A stretch of DNA of 64,000 nt from Escherichia phage vB_EcoM_Skers. The translations under genes and the position numbers were made by a program. Location of the stretch: sequence record MW748999.1. One strand, 5' to 3'. Position 1 is the stretch's first letter. Every line of letters starts with the position of its first letter. The notes beneath the pieces were generated by a model. That model made no database searches. It was not told where the DNA came from and saw only the letters and a program-made list of their open reading frames with translations. Shown in pieces: positions 11,601-23,413 of this stretch.

Positions 11601-11729
11601 AGTCCACTGTTTGACCAGTCGGCGGTAACATTCTCTATGTTCCGTGAGCTTGTGGATAAACGGTTGAAGGATAATATAGGGAATCCACGCGATCCGAAGA
11701 ATCCGACACAGAGGAAAATTAATGGCTAA
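8643..11729 (+). CDS. 7: gp7 baseplate wedge initiator
   Basis: 1028 aa (T4 gp7 is about 1030 aa); between 6 and 8. Confidence 0.85.
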   Translation: MIKAPSVTSLTIEKLSANQAYITWDDVGENFFYFVELAETRTRDGEIIPVDELSWVNLGYTAEQNWFEDKNLFPEYYYKFRVAVAAEGFEQSKWVETEEFQTFKTNAYNFSMMREFNLANEFIKEKFTYDNREYVKFNTDLIQASLMKEDFVFSPEYANMTNISNYIVVDENFHEIQDHIEKVCTDINRTMLAEMNGVLYLFERFQPIVKVSNDKGQSWKAYKAFNDRVGNPVSRTCVYQSKTTTYVLGYDRIFYGRQASDTRWSADDVRFSDDTITFAKVGDENDLGFDVEVFGVFSRLTGDTTKYAEAMACSDDYLWVGAKDVIRRIRLKNTPVDTVQGSPTFGEKIFDPDVIRVTGNDKAVIQKMDVIDGKLLVFVTGEVKQRYQDPTKPENVVPSDDAGVYLIGSDGLSFQRVFGNTPQEREYIQHGFSNMSTNGDEVFISHYNHHFESILPDPETAAKYELGEAVKYSQEPTYLTDKKIHQTTFRASYDDLRVWELGPQAYYNEADYTWMRRNGVRVWITNDNRPLVVYPEVIYTQEVDTSGILDQNRVNREVYDKGTVTCYLNNVKFEGFKQYASGVMFHKNTGEIIGFYQFNYRVRDQVGVYWKPTNVAFVAELQNQVREVPWVPVHYDREQDPDLRPLLNKMTPDSFLLENENFRKFSEYYLQFLSDGSGTYYNKLKNLIKNKYPREKDAYEYLWSEMNKRNIYADKNKRDAVVRFFESRKSDFYSTKGVEASYKFLFKLLYNEDVEIEVESQAGLEYDIVVSSTNIDEDIVGRTIYTPTGRANVTYLEREYEGGRLRWRVTIHNLIGRFEEGQVIKSEKTAFEGMILVGVRGKELLSSSIDYINRSRSQYTMKIKSALPVSRYANDVMRFVHPVGFGFIGVTLLTMFINSGLSMKHTETIIQSLKNYKFDSGFPSVYPDRVADLDVDGNIKKDPLTGKALYLTSPLIGDEFPVPPEYDQENSELFHGLKASERRFAMSPLFDQSAVTFSMFRELVDKRLKDNIGNPRDPKNPTQRKING

Positions 11730-12717
11730 TGAAAATAGTGTGATCTATCGCTCAATCATTACTAGCAAATTCAGAACAGAAAAACTTCTGAACTTCTATA
11801 ATTCTGTAGGCGATGGGGCAAATCAAATTACAATTTATGGAACGTTTGGACGTTCGGAGCCGTGGTCAGAAAACGAAAAAGAGGTGGGCTTTGCCCCACC
11901 TTATCCGACCGATTCAACGGCTGGTGTTGTTGACATGTGGACCCATATGATGGGGGCGGTTAAGATTAACAAATCACTTCTTGATGCGGTTATCCCTCGT
12001 AAAGATTGGGGTGATACCGGACAGGATAACCCGCGCACGTTCTTTATCAATGACATTGTTGTCGTAAACTCAGCACCATATAACCGAACTGATGTTGGTA
12101 GCGGCTGGATGGTGTATCGCGTAACCGATGTTCCTGATCGCGGTTACTGCTCGATTTCAAGCATTGACGCTAAAGTAGAGTGTTTGAAGTTGGGCGGAAA
12201 GTGGACACCCACTCATGAATCAATTGCGCCACCTGTAGGAAAGGGCGATTCTATTGATATGGGTGACGGATATCGTTGGGAATATCTGTACACAATTCCA
12301 CCTGATGCGGCGATCAACCGTTGCACCAATGAACATATTGTTGTACCGTTCCCCGATGAACTGCGACAAGATCCGGCGCGTTGGGGCTATGACAATGTGA
12401 TCACCTGGTATAATGACTATAATCTGCTTTATCGGCTGAAAGTAGTAACTTTGCGTTTTCAGGCTTATATGGACTCTGCGCAATTCCCAACTACCGCGTT
12501 AGTGGGTAATACTGGTTTCCGTCAGTTAAGCATTATCCTTAACCCATTGGAAAAGAAAGCACGCCCTAGCGATCCAGACGTTAAAGCGGTTAAAGATAAG
12601 TACCGACCGCAAGACTTAGAGCCACACTCAGGCGAAATGATCTACATGGAAAACCGACAACCTATCGTTCGGTCATTAGATCAAACAGAACTTGTTTCTG
12701 TATTGTTTGAGTTCTAA
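11722..12717 (+). CDS. 8: gp8 baseplate wedge subunit
   Basis: 331 aa (T4 gp8 about 334 aa); follows gene 7 with overlap. Confidence 0.8.
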   Translation: MANENSVIYRSIITSKFRTEKLLNFYNSVGDGANQITIYGTFGRSEPWSENEKEVGFAPPYPTDSTAGVVDMWTHMMGAVKINKSLLDAVIPRKDWGDTGQDNPRTFFINDIVVVNSAPYNRTDVGSGWMVYRVTDVPDRGYCSISSIDAKVECLKLGGKWTPTHESIAPPVGKGDSIDMGDGYRWEYLYTIPPDAAINRCTNEHIVVPFPDELRQDPARWGYDNVITWYNDYNLLYRLKVVTLRFQAYMDSAQFPTTALVGNTGFRQLSIILNPLEKKARPSDPDVKAVKDKYRPQDLEPHSGEMIYMENRQPIVRSLDQTELVSVLFEF

Positions 12718-12730
12718 GTGTATGATTTTA

Positions 12731-12760
12731 AAAGCCAATTCGAGAGAGTTGGCTTTTTCC
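12731..12760 (+). terminator. rho-independent terminator after gene 8
   Basis: stem AAGCCAA/TTGGCTT followed by T-run. Confidence 0.6.
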
Positions 12761-12770
12761 ATTTTTGGTG

Positions 12771-12798
12771 TTGACAATCTTATTTGGTAAGGTATAAT
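12771..12798 (+). promoter_or_regulatory. sigma70-type promoter (TTGACA - 16/17 nt - TATAAT)
   Basis: perfect -35 and -10 hexamers read directly; AGGAGG-like SD (ACGGAGG) before ATG at 12828. Confidence 0.65.
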
Positions 12799-12827
12799 AC
12801 ACACATCTAAACAACGGAGGATAAATT

Positions 12828-13072
12828 ATGGCACGTCGTAAATTTACAGATAATTGTGAAGCAATTCAGGTATCCCCTTGCGGTTGGGATGTGATCGCGA
12901 ACGGTGAAAAGATCGGAGAGATCATCGATCATACTCATTCATCATTAGCCGATTACACCGATGAACTATGGGAGGGTATCAACTTCATGAATGACACTAA
13001 ACGATTCAAGACTATCGACGAAGCTATCTATTTTGTGTATAATCCAACTTTCGGTATGTGGGGAACTAGAAA

Positions 13073-13085
<13 letters not shown>
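12828..13085 (+). CDS. hypothetical protein (85 aa), early-promoter-driven
   Basis: ORF track; strong promoter and SD; no recognised family. Confidence 0.5.
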
Positions 13086-15226
<2,141 letters not shown>

Positions 15227-15256
15227 GATAATGCATAAAAAGATGAGGAAATTCTA

Positions 15257-17254
15257 ATGACTCTATTATCACCGGGTTTCGAAACGAAAGAAACTACTCT
15301 CTCCACTACCATTGTGCAATCTGCGACTGGTCGCGCGGCGCTGGTAGGTAAATTTCAATGGGGTCCAGCTTTCCAGATTGTTCAAGTAACTAATGAAGTT
15401 GAATTAGTTAATAAATTTGGTCAGCCGGATAATAACACCGCAGACTATTTCATGAGCGGGGCTAACTTCCTCCAGTATGGCAATGACCTGCGTGTTGTTC
15501 GTGTACTCAATAAAGAAAAAGCAAAAAACGCAACTGCCCTAGCTGGTAACGTAGAATTTAGTATTACCAACGAAGGTTCTAACTACAAAGTAGGCGATTC
15601 AATTAAAGTAAAATACAACCGTCAGGAAGTTGAAACCGCTGGCAAAGTAACCAAAGTAGATACAGAGGGTAAAATTAAAGGTATTTTCATCCCAACCGGG
15701 AAAATCATTGCTCTGGCTAAATCCGTTGGCGTTTATCCTAATCTTGGGAATTTCACTGTAGAAATCACTTCCGGTACTGGTAACTCAAATGCGGCAATTA
15801 CCATTTCTAAAATTGTTACTGATTCTGGTCTTCTCTTAACGGATCTGGAAACTTCCCGCGCCAATATCACCAATCAAGAATTTTTGACTAAGCTCAAAAA
15901 GTATGATATGCCAGCGGTAAGTGCAATCTATGCTGGTGAGATCGGCAACTCTCTGGAAGTTGAAATTCTGGCACGTAGCGCGTTCAGTGGCGCGGCAGCA
16001 CCTGAATTAACTAGGTATCCGTTCGGTGGAACTCGTGCCGCAGCACGCAACCTAATTCCATATGCACCGCAGAATGATAATCAATATGCGTTTATTGTTC
16101 GTCGAGATGGTGTTGTGGTAGAATCCTATGTACTGTCTACTCTGAAAGGGGATAAAGACGTATACGGTAATTCTATCTATATGGACGACTTCTTTGCTCG
16201 TGGTTCTAGCCAGTACATCTATGCAACCGCTCAGGGTTGGGTAAACGGTTTCAGTGGTATCATCTCTTTGGTTGGTGGTGTGTCTGCTAACGAAGCAACT
16301 TCTGGTGTTGGTGCTGATCCGTTCATTGGTGCGATGATGCAAGGTTGGGATCTGTTTGCTGAACGAGAATCTATTCACGTAAACCTGTTGATTGCTGGTG
16401 CATGTGCTGGCGAAGGTGATGCATTCTCTACTGTACAGAAACATGCTGTTTCCATCGGTGACGAGCGTCAGGATTGCTTAGTGATGGTTTCTCCTCCGCG
16501 TAGCACTGTTGTTAATATTCCGGTCACTACCGCAATCGATAATCTGATCGCATGGCGAGAAGGAAATAGCAATTATTCAGACAACAACATGAACATTAAT
16601 ACCACTTACGCGGTTATTGATGGTAACTACAAGTATCAGTATGACAAATACAACGATGTAAACCGTTGGGTTCCGTTGGCTGCTGATATTGCTGGCTTAT
16701 GTGCTCGAACTGATGTGGTATCTCAACCGTGGATGAGTCCGGCAGGTTATAACCGTGGTCAGATCATGAACGTGGTTAAACTGGCAATTGAGCCTCGCAA
16801 GGCGCACCGCGATCGTCTGTATCAGGCCGCAATTAACCCGGTAATCGGTGCTGGTGGTGAAGGGTTTATCCTAATGGGTGATAAAACCGCTACGACTGTT
16901 CCTAGCCCGTTTGACCGCATTAACGTTCGTCGTCTGTTTAACATGCTGAAAAAGAATATCGGCGATTCAAGCAAATACAAACTGTTTGAAAACAACGATA
17001 ACTTTACTCGCGCTTCCTTCCGTATGGAGGTTTCGCAATATCTCAGCACGATTCGCTCTCTGGGTGGCATTTATGACTTCCGAGTACAATGCGACACCAC
17101 GAACAACACGCCGGATGTAATTGATCGTAACGAATTTGTTGCTAGTATGTTCATCAAACCAGCAAAATCGATCAACTATATCATGCTCAATTTCACTGCT
17201 GTTGCAACTGGTGCTGATTTTGACGAAATTATCGGTCCAGCTAACCAGGCATAA
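15257..17254 (+). CDS. 18: gp18 tail sheath protein
   Basis: 665 aa (T4 gp18 659 aa); follows terminase and precedes tail tube. Confidence 0.9.
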   Translation: MTLLSPGFETKETTLSTTIVQSATGRAALVGKFQWGPAFQIVQVTNEVELVNKFGQPDNNTADYFMSGANFLQYGNDLRVVRVLNKEKAKNATALAGNVEFSITNEGSNYKVGDSIKVKYNRQEVETAGKVTKVDTEGKIKGIFIPTGKIIALAKSVGVYPNLGNFTVEITSGTGNSNAAITISKIVTDSGLLLTDLETSRANITNQEFLTKLKKYDMPAVSAIYAGEIGNSLEVEILARSAFSGAAAPELTRYPFGGTRAAARNLIPYAPQNDNQYAFIVRRDGVVVESYVLSTLKGDKDVYGNSIYMDDFFARGSSQYIYATAQGWVNGFSGIISLVGGVSANEATSGVGADPFIGAMMQGWDLFAERESIHVNLLIAGACAGEGDAFSTVQKHAVSIGDERQDCLVMVSPPRSTVVNIPVTTAIDNLIAWREGNSNYSDNNMNINTTYAVIDGNYKYQYDKYNDVNRWVPLAADIAGLCARTDVVSQPWMSPAGYNRGQIMNVVKLAIEPRKAHRDRLYQAAINPVIGAGGEGFILMGDKTATTVPSPFDRINVRRLFNMLKKNIGDSSKYKLFENNDNFTRASFRMEVSQYLSTIRSLGGIYDFRVQCDTTNNTPDVIDRNEFVASMFIKPAKSINYIMLNFTAVATGADFDEIIGPANQA

Positions 17255-17287
17255 TCAGTAAATTAGCATAGATTAAAAGTTAAATCA

Positions 17288-17310
17288 AGCGGGGATTTTC
17301 TCCCCGCTCT
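17288..17310 (+). terminator. GC-rich hairpin (GCGGGGA-TTTTC-TCCCCGC) after gene 18, terminator/attenuator-like
   Basis: 7-bp GC stem read directly; weak T-tract, so probably partial terminator or RNA-stability element. Confidence 0.45.
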
Positions 17311-17327
17311 ATTAAGGAATATCAATT

Positions 17328-17822
17328 ATGGCACTCGATTTGAATGATATTACACGCGGTTTCGAGTCTGGCGATTTTGCTCGTCCTAACCTGTTTGAAG
17401 TTGAGATCCCGTATCTGGGGCAAAACTTTAAGCTGATGTGTAAGGCTGCGACTGTCCCGGCTGCTACCGTAGAAAAAATTGCTGTAGGCTATCAAAACCG
17501 TAAAATTAACATCGCTGGCGACCGTGTATACGACGACTGGACCATCACTGTATTCAACGATGACGCACACAAGATCCGTGATGCTATCGTTGCATGGAGC
17601 GATCAGACACATGGCACAGGTTCGGCGATCACTGGTGCAACTCCTGCACAATATAAGAAACAAGCTATTGTTCGTCAACTTAACCGTAACACCGAATCAA
17701 CTAGCGAAAAAACATTGTACGGTATTTTCCCGACCAACGTTGGTGAAGTAACCCTCGATTGGGAACAAAACAACGAAGTTGAAACGTTTGAAGTTACTTT
17801 TGCTATCGATTGGGTAGAATAA
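17328..17822 (+). CDS. 19: gp19 tail tube protein
   Basis: 164 aa (T4 gp19 163 aa); position between sheath and portal. Confidence 0.9.
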   Translation: MALDLNDITRGFESGDFARPNLFEVEIPYLGQNFKLMCKAATVPAATVEKIAVGYQNRKINIAGDRVYDDWTITVFNDDAHKIRDAIVAWSDQTHGTGSAITGATPAQYKKQAIVRQLNRNTESTSEKTLYGIFPTNVGEVTLDWEQNNEVETFEVTFAIDWVE

Positions 17823-17834
17823 ATATATTATCAT

Positions 17835-17853
17835 GCGGGGAGAAGTTCCCCGC
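17835..17853 (+). terminator. GC-rich hairpin (GCGGGGA-GAAGT-TCCCCGC) after gene 19
   Basis: same stem sequence as the hairpin after gene 18; followed by TTAATTTCTCC. Confidence 0.45.
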
Positions 17854-17880
17854 TTAATTTCTCCCAATTCGAGGTGAATA

Positions 17881-19446
17881 ATGTTTAGTAGATTAAAAAT
17901 GCTTGCGCGTTGGGCTGATTTTGACAACGACAAATACGAAGAACAAATTAAAGATAAAGCAGAGTCTATCGCCGCACCTAAAAACAATGATGGTGCTACG
18001 GAAGTAGAAATTAACGATAATTCACCTGCTAGCTCGTGGAACTCTCTTACCCAGCAATTTTACAGCACCGACCAGAAAATCAGCACAACTAAGCAATTAG
18101 TTAACACATATCGCGGTTTGATGAATAACCATGAAGTCGAAAACGCTGTACAAAATATAGTTAACGATGCGATTGTATTTGAAGAAGGTTATGAAGTTGT
18201 TTCATTAAATCTTGAGGCGACTGGCTTTAGTGAATCTGTAAAAGAGCGCATTCATGAAGAATTTAAAGATCTTTTAAACACTATCCAGTTTGATAGGCGC
18301 GGTCAGGATATGTTCCGTCGCTGGTATGTCGATTCGCGTATTTTCTTCCATAAAATCATCGGCAAAAATCCAAAAGATGGTATCGTAGAATTACGCCAGC
18401 TTGACCCACGAAATCTTGAATATGTTCGCGAGATCATTACAGAAGACACACCGGAAGGTAAAATTTATAAAGCAACGAAAGAATATTTCATTTACACCGT
18501 AGGTAATAGCTCTTATTGCGCAGGTGGTCAAGTATTCTCTCCTAATAGTCGCGTTAAAATCCCGCGTAGTGCTATTACATACGCTCACAGCGGCTTGATG
18601 GATTGCGATGATAAATATATCATTGGTTATTTGCATCGGGCTGTTAAGCCAGCAAACCAGCTTAAACTGTTGGAAGACGCAATGGTCGTTTATCGTATCA
18701 CGCGTGCACCGGAACGCCGAGTGTTCTTTATTGATACCGGAAACATGAACAACCGCAAGGCTGCACAGCACATGAACTCAGTGGCACAGTCTTTTAAAAA
18801 CCGCGTTGTTTATGATGCATCGACTGGTAAACTTAAAAACCAGCAAGCAAATCTATCAATGACAGAGGACTACTGGTTACAGCGTCGAGATGGTAAAGCA
18901 ATCACCGACGTTACTACTTTACCCGGTGCATCCGGTATGAGTGATATCGATGATATTCGCTACTTTAACCGTAAATTGTATGAAGCGTTGCGTGTGCCAT
19001 TGTCACGCAGCAATCTCTCCGATGCTAATATGGTGATCGGTGGTGATGGTTCAGAAATTACTCGCGATGAGTTGGAATTTTCGAAATTCATTAGAACTCT
19101 GCAATCACAGTTTTCGGAAGTATTGCGCGATCCTCTGAAATATAATCTGATTCTCAAAAATGTAATTACGGAAGACGATTGGGATCGTGAAATAAATAAT
19201 ATCAAGGTGGTTTTCCATCGGGACTCTTACTATACAGAAGTTAAAGACGCGGAAATTTTAGAACGTCGAATCGGTCTAATCGAACGTATTACACCTTACA
19301 TTGGTAAATATTTCTCTAACCAGACAGTGATGCGTGACATTCTGAAATATACCGATGACCAGATGGACACCGAGAAGAAACAGATCGAAGAAGAAGCGAA
19401 CGATCCGCGCTTTAAACAAACTCCCGATGAAATAGAGGATTTTTAA
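17881..19446 (+). CDS. 20: gp20 portal vertex protein
   Basis: 521 aa (T4 gp20 524 aa); conserved position. Confidence 0.9.
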   Translation: MFSRLKMLARWADFDNDKYEEQIKDKAESIAAPKNNDGATEVEINDNSPASSWNSLTQQFYSTDQKISTTKQLVNTYRGLMNNHEVENAVQNIVNDAIVFEEGYEVVSLNLEATGFSESVKERIHEEFKDLLNTIQFDRRGQDMFRRWYVDSRIFFHKIIGKNPKDGIVELRQLDPRNLEYVREIITEDTPEGKIYKATKEYFIYTVGNSSYCAGGQVFSPNSRVKIPRSAITYAHSGLMDCDDKYIIGYLHRAVKPANQLKLLEDAMVVYRITRAPERRVFFIDTGNMNNRKAAQHMNSVAQSFKNRVVYDASTGKLKNQQANLSMTEDYWLQRRDGKAITDVTTLPGASGMSDIDDIRYFNRKLYEALRVPLSRSNLSDANMVIGGDGSEITRDELEFSKFIRTLQSQFSEVLRDPLKYNLILKNVITEDDWDREINNIKVVFHRDSYYTEVKDAEILERRIGLIERITPYIGKYFSNQTVMRDILKYTDDQMDTEKKQIEEEANDPRFKQTPDEIEDF

Positions 19447-19686
19447 ATGAAACAATTTATCGAAGCAATTAAAACTCGCGATCTAACGCTGATCGAAAAA
19501 GAATTTGATAAGATCATGGAGGCTAAAAAAGCCCAGATCATCGAATCCCAGCGTGTCGAAATCGCATCCAGTGTCATGATCGAAGGTGAAGAAGAAAAAG
19601 ACCGCGATGATGAAGATATGGATTATGAGGACGACGAAGACGAAGATCGCAAAGACGATAAAAAAGACAAAGAAGACGACGAATAA
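19447..19686 (+). CDS. 67: gp67 prohead core protein
   Basis: 79 aa with highly acidic C-terminus; position between 20 and 68. Confidence 0.65.
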   Translation: MKQFIEAIKTRDLTLIEKEFDKIMEAKKAQIIESQRVEIASSVMIEGEEEKDRDDEDMDYEDDEDEDRKDDKKDKEDDE

Positions 19687-19698
19687 TAGGAAGCCAAC

Positions 19699-20106
19699 AT
19701 GATTAAAGATTTTACTCCTAAAGCTGACTTAGAAACTTTTCTGCCGGAAGCACAGGAAAAATTGGACATGTTGGCTATGTTTGAGTCAGAAGAACTATTG
19801 AAAATCGTTGAAGGTATCTCCGAGGATGAGCCTGAACTGGCGGTAGCAATGCTGTCTATCATCGACGGAATTACTGTAAATGAAGCAATGGTTAAACATG
19901 TAAACGCACGCGGGGAAGTTGCACGTAAGAAAGATCGCAAAACCCGTGAGCGTAATGCTTACATGACTACTGGCCTAAGCAAAGCTAAACGCCGTCAAAT
20001 TGCCCGTCGTGCTGCAAAAACCAAACGTGCAAATCCATCTATCGAACGTCATGCGGAACGTAAGCGCAAAAAAGCAATGCGTAAACGTAAGGCGTTAGGA
20101 TTATAA
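19699..20106 (+). CDS. 68: gp68 prohead core protein
   Basis: 135 aa, basic C-terminus; position between 67 and 21. Confidence 0.65.
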   Translation: MIKDFTPKADLETFLPEAQEKLDMLAMFESEELLKIVEGISEDEPELAVAMLSIIDGITVNEAMVKHVNARGEVARKKDRKTRERNAYMTTGLSKAKRRQIARRAAKTKRANPSIERHAERKRKKAMRKRKALGL

Positions 20107-20117
20107 CAGGAAACAAC

Positions 20118-20813
20118 ATGGAAAAGAACGAATTACTGATCGAACAATGGGGCGTTCCTTGTGCTCGCGGTAGTTCGTCATTGCTTGAATCATTTGATGA
20201 TAAGGCTACAGGAAATCTCTATATTCAAGGGATTTTCCTGCAAGCCGAAACAGTAAACCGCAATAAACGCTGGTATCCTCGCAGTGTTCTAGAAAATGCG
20301 GTTACTAAATACATACATGAACAAGTTGAGACACATCAAGCTCTAGGCGAACTTAATCACCCAGCAAGAGCAATGCCAGATCCATCTAATGCTTGCATCA
20401 TAATTGAAAAATTATGGTGGGAAGGTAATAACGTGATGGGTAAAGCCCGTGTTATTGAAGGGGATAAAGGCGCAGGTGATAAACTTGCTGCACTGATTCG
20501 CGCTGGCTGGATTCCTGGCGTTTCATCCCGTGGATTGGGTCGTTTGAAAGACTCAGGTCGCGGATACAATATTGTACAGGAAGGTTTTGTGTTGACGGTT
20601 GGTGTTGATGTTGTATGGGGTCCGAGCGCACCGGATGCGTGGGTAACTCCGGTGGTTGAGTCAACGGATAGCGATTCTAGCGCGTCAGACGCACCAGAAA
20701 GCGATAAAACCGAAAAAGTGACTAACCCTACAGCCTCACAACAAAACATCGTAGAATCGAATAATAGCGCGTTTATGGCGCTCGCAGAAGCGTTATCTAA
20801 ACGCTATAAATAA
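20118..20813 (+). CDS. 21: gp21 prohead core scaffold / maturation protease
   Basis: 231 aa; strong similarity to T4 gp21 as remembered (GIFLQAE.VNRNKR.YP..LGELNHP..ARVIEGD.G.GDKLAA.IRAGWIPGVSSRGLG..VWGPSAPDAWVTP). Confidence 0.9.
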   Translation: MEKNELLIEQWGVPCARGSSSLLESFDDKATGNLYIQGIFLQAETVNRNKRWYPRSVLENAVTKYIHEQVETHQALGELNHPARAMPDPSNACIIIEKLWWEGNNVMGKARVIEGDKGAGDKLAALIRAGWIPGVSSRGLGRLKDSGRGYNIVQEGFVLTVGVDVVWGPSAPDAWVTPVVESTDSDSSASDAPESDKTEKVTNPTASQQNIVESNNSAFMALAEALSKRYK

Positions 20814-20844
20814 TAACGTCGTTATCAACAAGAAGGTTATAACC

Positions 20845-21639
20845 ATGCTTAAAGAAATGCTGCTCGAAGAAGCAAAACAGATCACCGTAGACGTTGCTCT
20901 CGATGACCTGTTTGAATCCGTCGAACTGTCGCCGGAAGTAAAAGAAAATTTTGGTACTATCTACGCTCAGGCGGTAAAAGCTAATGCTGTTGCTCTGGCA
21001 GAAAGCCACATTGAAAAAATCGCCGCTAAAGCCGATGAACTGGTAGAATCAAAGGTCGAAGAAGCACGCACCGAGATTGAAACCAAACTGTACGAAGATG
21101 CAGATAAATTCCTGAATCACTTAGGCGCTAAATGGCTGGCAGAAAATAAAGAAGCCGTTACCCGTAATATTAAAGCGGATCTGTGCGAATCCCTGATTGG
21201 TTCTCTGAAAGATGTTTTCGTTACTCACAATGTTGTAGTACCGGAAGAATCTGTAGACGTTGTTGCTGAACTTGACGAAGCACTCAAAGAAGAAAAAGAA
21301 AAAACCTCTGAACTCTTTGATGCCAAACTGCAACTTGAAAGCGAAATTCGTGGCATGAAGCGCGAACAAGCGATCAATGAAAGCACTCGTGATCTTTCCG
21401 ATACTCAGAAAGAAAAAGTAACCGCGCTGATTGAAGGACTGGAATATAGCGAAACTTTCGATAAGAAATTAACTGCAATTGTCGAAATGGTTGCTAAGAA
21501 AGAAGACAAACCAGCGAAGATTGAAGAATCACTAAATACTGATGCCGACAAGCTGAATGTTATTGCAGAAGCTGTTGAAGAATCAGAGAAAAAGGCAACT
21601 GTAGATTCCGGCGTATCCCGCTACCTGAATTTCATCTAA
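20845..21639 (+). CDS. 22: gp22 prohead core scaffold protein
   Basis: 264 aa, Glu/Lys-rich helical; position before major capsid gene. Confidence 0.75.
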   Translation: MLKEMLLEEAKQITVDVALDDLFESVELSPEVKENFGTIYAQAVKANAVALAESHIEKIAAKADELVESKVEEARTEIETKLYEDADKFLNHLGAKWLAENKEAVTRNIKADLCESLIGSLKDVFVTHNVVVPEESVDVVAELDEALKEEKEKTSELFDAKLQLESEIRGMKREQAINESTRDLSDTQKEKVTALIEGLEYSETFDKKLTAIVEMVAKKEDKPAKIEESLNTDADKLNVIAEAVEESEKKATVDSGVSRYLNFI

Positions 21640-21656
21640 TGTAATTCAAATCTACT

Positions 21657-21666
21657 TTATAAATAC
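21657..21666 (+). promoter_or_regulatory. T4-type late promoter TATAAATA upstream of gene 23
   Basis: exact TATAAATA about 35 nt upstream of gene 23 ATG; coordinates approximate. Confidence 0.6.
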
Positions 21667-21698
21667 TTTAGGTTAACAACAAACAAGGTTTAAAGAAC

Positions 21699-23285
21699 AT
21701 GAAAACTACCAAAGAACTGATGGAAAAATGGTCCCCGCTGCTGGAGAACGAAAAACTGCCGGAAATCGCAACTGCGTCTAAGCAGAAACTGGTTGCTAAA
21801 ATTCTGGAATCTCAGGAAGCGGATTTTGCTGTAGACCCGATCTATAAGGATGAAAAAGTTGTTGAAGCATTCGGTGGCTTTATCGCAGAAGCAGAAGTTG
21901 CTGGCGACCACGGTTATGATGCATCTCAGATCGCGGCTGGTCAGACTACTGGTGCAATCACCAACGTAGGTCCGGCTGTTATCGGTATGGTTCGCCGTGC
22001 TATCCCTAACCTGATCGCATTTGATATTTGTGGCGTTCAGCCGATGAGCACTCCGACCAGCCAGATCTTTGCAATCCGTTCTGTATACGGTCCAGATCCT
22101 CTGAAATCTGGTGCTCGTGAAGCATTCCATCCGATGTATGCACCTGATGCGTTCCATAGCTCTCTTGCTGCTAAAGGTGCATCTGTAGGTTCTCCGACCG
22201 GGACTCCGTTTGCTAAACTAACTATCAATACTCAGATTGAAGCAGGTGATATTGTACACCACACCTTCGCAGAAACTGGCATTGCATATCTGCAAAACGT
22301 TACCACTGGCGCAGTAACCCCGACCAAAGCTGGCAGCGAGTCAGATGATGAAGTTGTCATGAAGCTGATGGAAGAAGGTAAACTGGCTGAAATCGCTTTC
22401 GGTATGGCGACTTCCATTGCCGAAATTCAGGAAGGCTTTAACGGTTCCAGCAATAACCCGTGGGCTGAAATGTCAATGCGTATTGACAAACAGGTTGTTG
22501 AAGCGAAATCTCGCCAACTGAAAGCCCGTTACTCTATCGAAGTTGCGCAGGATCTGCGTGCTGTACACGGTATGGATGCTGACGCTGAACTGAATGCTAT
22601 CCTGGCTAACGAAGTTCTGCTGGAAATCAACCGTGAAATCGTTGACGTTATCAACTTTACCGCTCAGGTTGGTAAGACTGGTATGACTCAGACCGTTGGT
22701 TCTAAAGCTGGTGTATTTGACCTGCAAGACCCGATCGATACTCGCGGTGCTCGTTGGGCTGGTGAATCCTTCAAATCTCTGATCTACCAGATCGACAAAG
22801 AAGCTGCTGAAATCGCTCGTCAGACTGGTCGCGGTGCTGGTAACTTTGTTATCGCTTCCCGTAATGTTGTAAACATTCTGGCTTCTGCTGATCAGGGTAT
22901 CAGTCTTGCTATGCAGGGTGCTGCAAAAGGTCTGAATACCGACACCACTAAAGCTGTTTTCGCTGGTGTTCTGGCTGGTAAGTACAAAGTGTTCATCGAC
23001 CAGTATGCTCGTCAAGACTACTTCACCGTAGGTTACAAAGGCGACAACGAAATGGATGCTGGTATCTACTATGCTCCGTATGTTGCTCTGACTCCGCTGC
23101 GTGCAACTGATCCGCAGTCTTTCCACCCGGTTCTGGGCTTCAAGACTCGCTACGGCATCGGTATTAACCCGTTTGCAGACAGCAAATCCCAGGCACCGTC
23201 CGCTCGCATCACCTCCGGTATGTTGAGCAAAGACAGCGTAGGTAAAAACGCATACTTCCGTCGTGTATGGGTTAAAGGTTGCTAA
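21699..23285 (+). CDS. 23: gp23 major capsid protein
   Basis: 528 aa (T4 gp23 521 aa); typical gp23 segments (AIRSVYGPDP, YKVFIDQYARQDYFTVGYKGDNEMDAGIYYAPYVAL, RITSGMLSKD). Confidence 0.95.
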   Translation: MKTTKELMEKWSPLLENEKLPEIATASKQKLVAKILESQEADFAVDPIYKDEKVVEAFGGFIAEAEVAGDHGYDASQIAAGQTTGAITNVGPAVIGMVRRAIPNLIAFDICGVQPMSTPTSQIFAIRSVYGPDPLKSGAREAFHPMYAPDAFHSSLAAKGASVGSPTGTPFAKLTINTQIEAGDIVHHTFAETGIAYLQNVTTGAVTPTKAGSESDDEVVMKLMEEGKLAEIAFGMATSIAEIQEGFNGSSNNPWAEMSMRIDKQVVEAKSRQLKARYSIEVAQDLRAVHGMDADAELNAILANEVLLEINREIVDVINFTAQVGKTGMTQTVGSKAGVFDLQDPIDTRGARWAGESFKSLIYQIDKEAAEIARQTGRGAGNFVIASRNVVNILASADQGISLAMQGAAKGLNTDTTKAVFAGVLAGKYKVFIDQYARQDYFTVGYKGDNEMDAGIYYAPYVALTPLRATDPQSFHPVLGFKTRYGIGINPFADSKSQAPSARITSGMLSKDSVGKNAYFRRVWVKGC

Positions 23286-23369
23286 TATAAGCCATTCCTG
23301 AAAACTCCGGTCGGGTGCAATACCCGACTTATCATAAACCTTATGACAGTGTAAAGTGTTAATTCCAAA

Positions 23370-23400
23370 GGGAAGACTCGAAAGGGTCTTCCCTTTTTGC
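23370..23400 (+). terminator. strong rho-independent terminator after gene 23
   Basis: stem GGGAAGAC/GTCTTCCC with 7-nt loop followed by TTTTT; a second weaker hairpin lies about 50 nt upstream. Confidence 0.7.
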
Positions 23401-23413
23401 GTATTATAACCCG

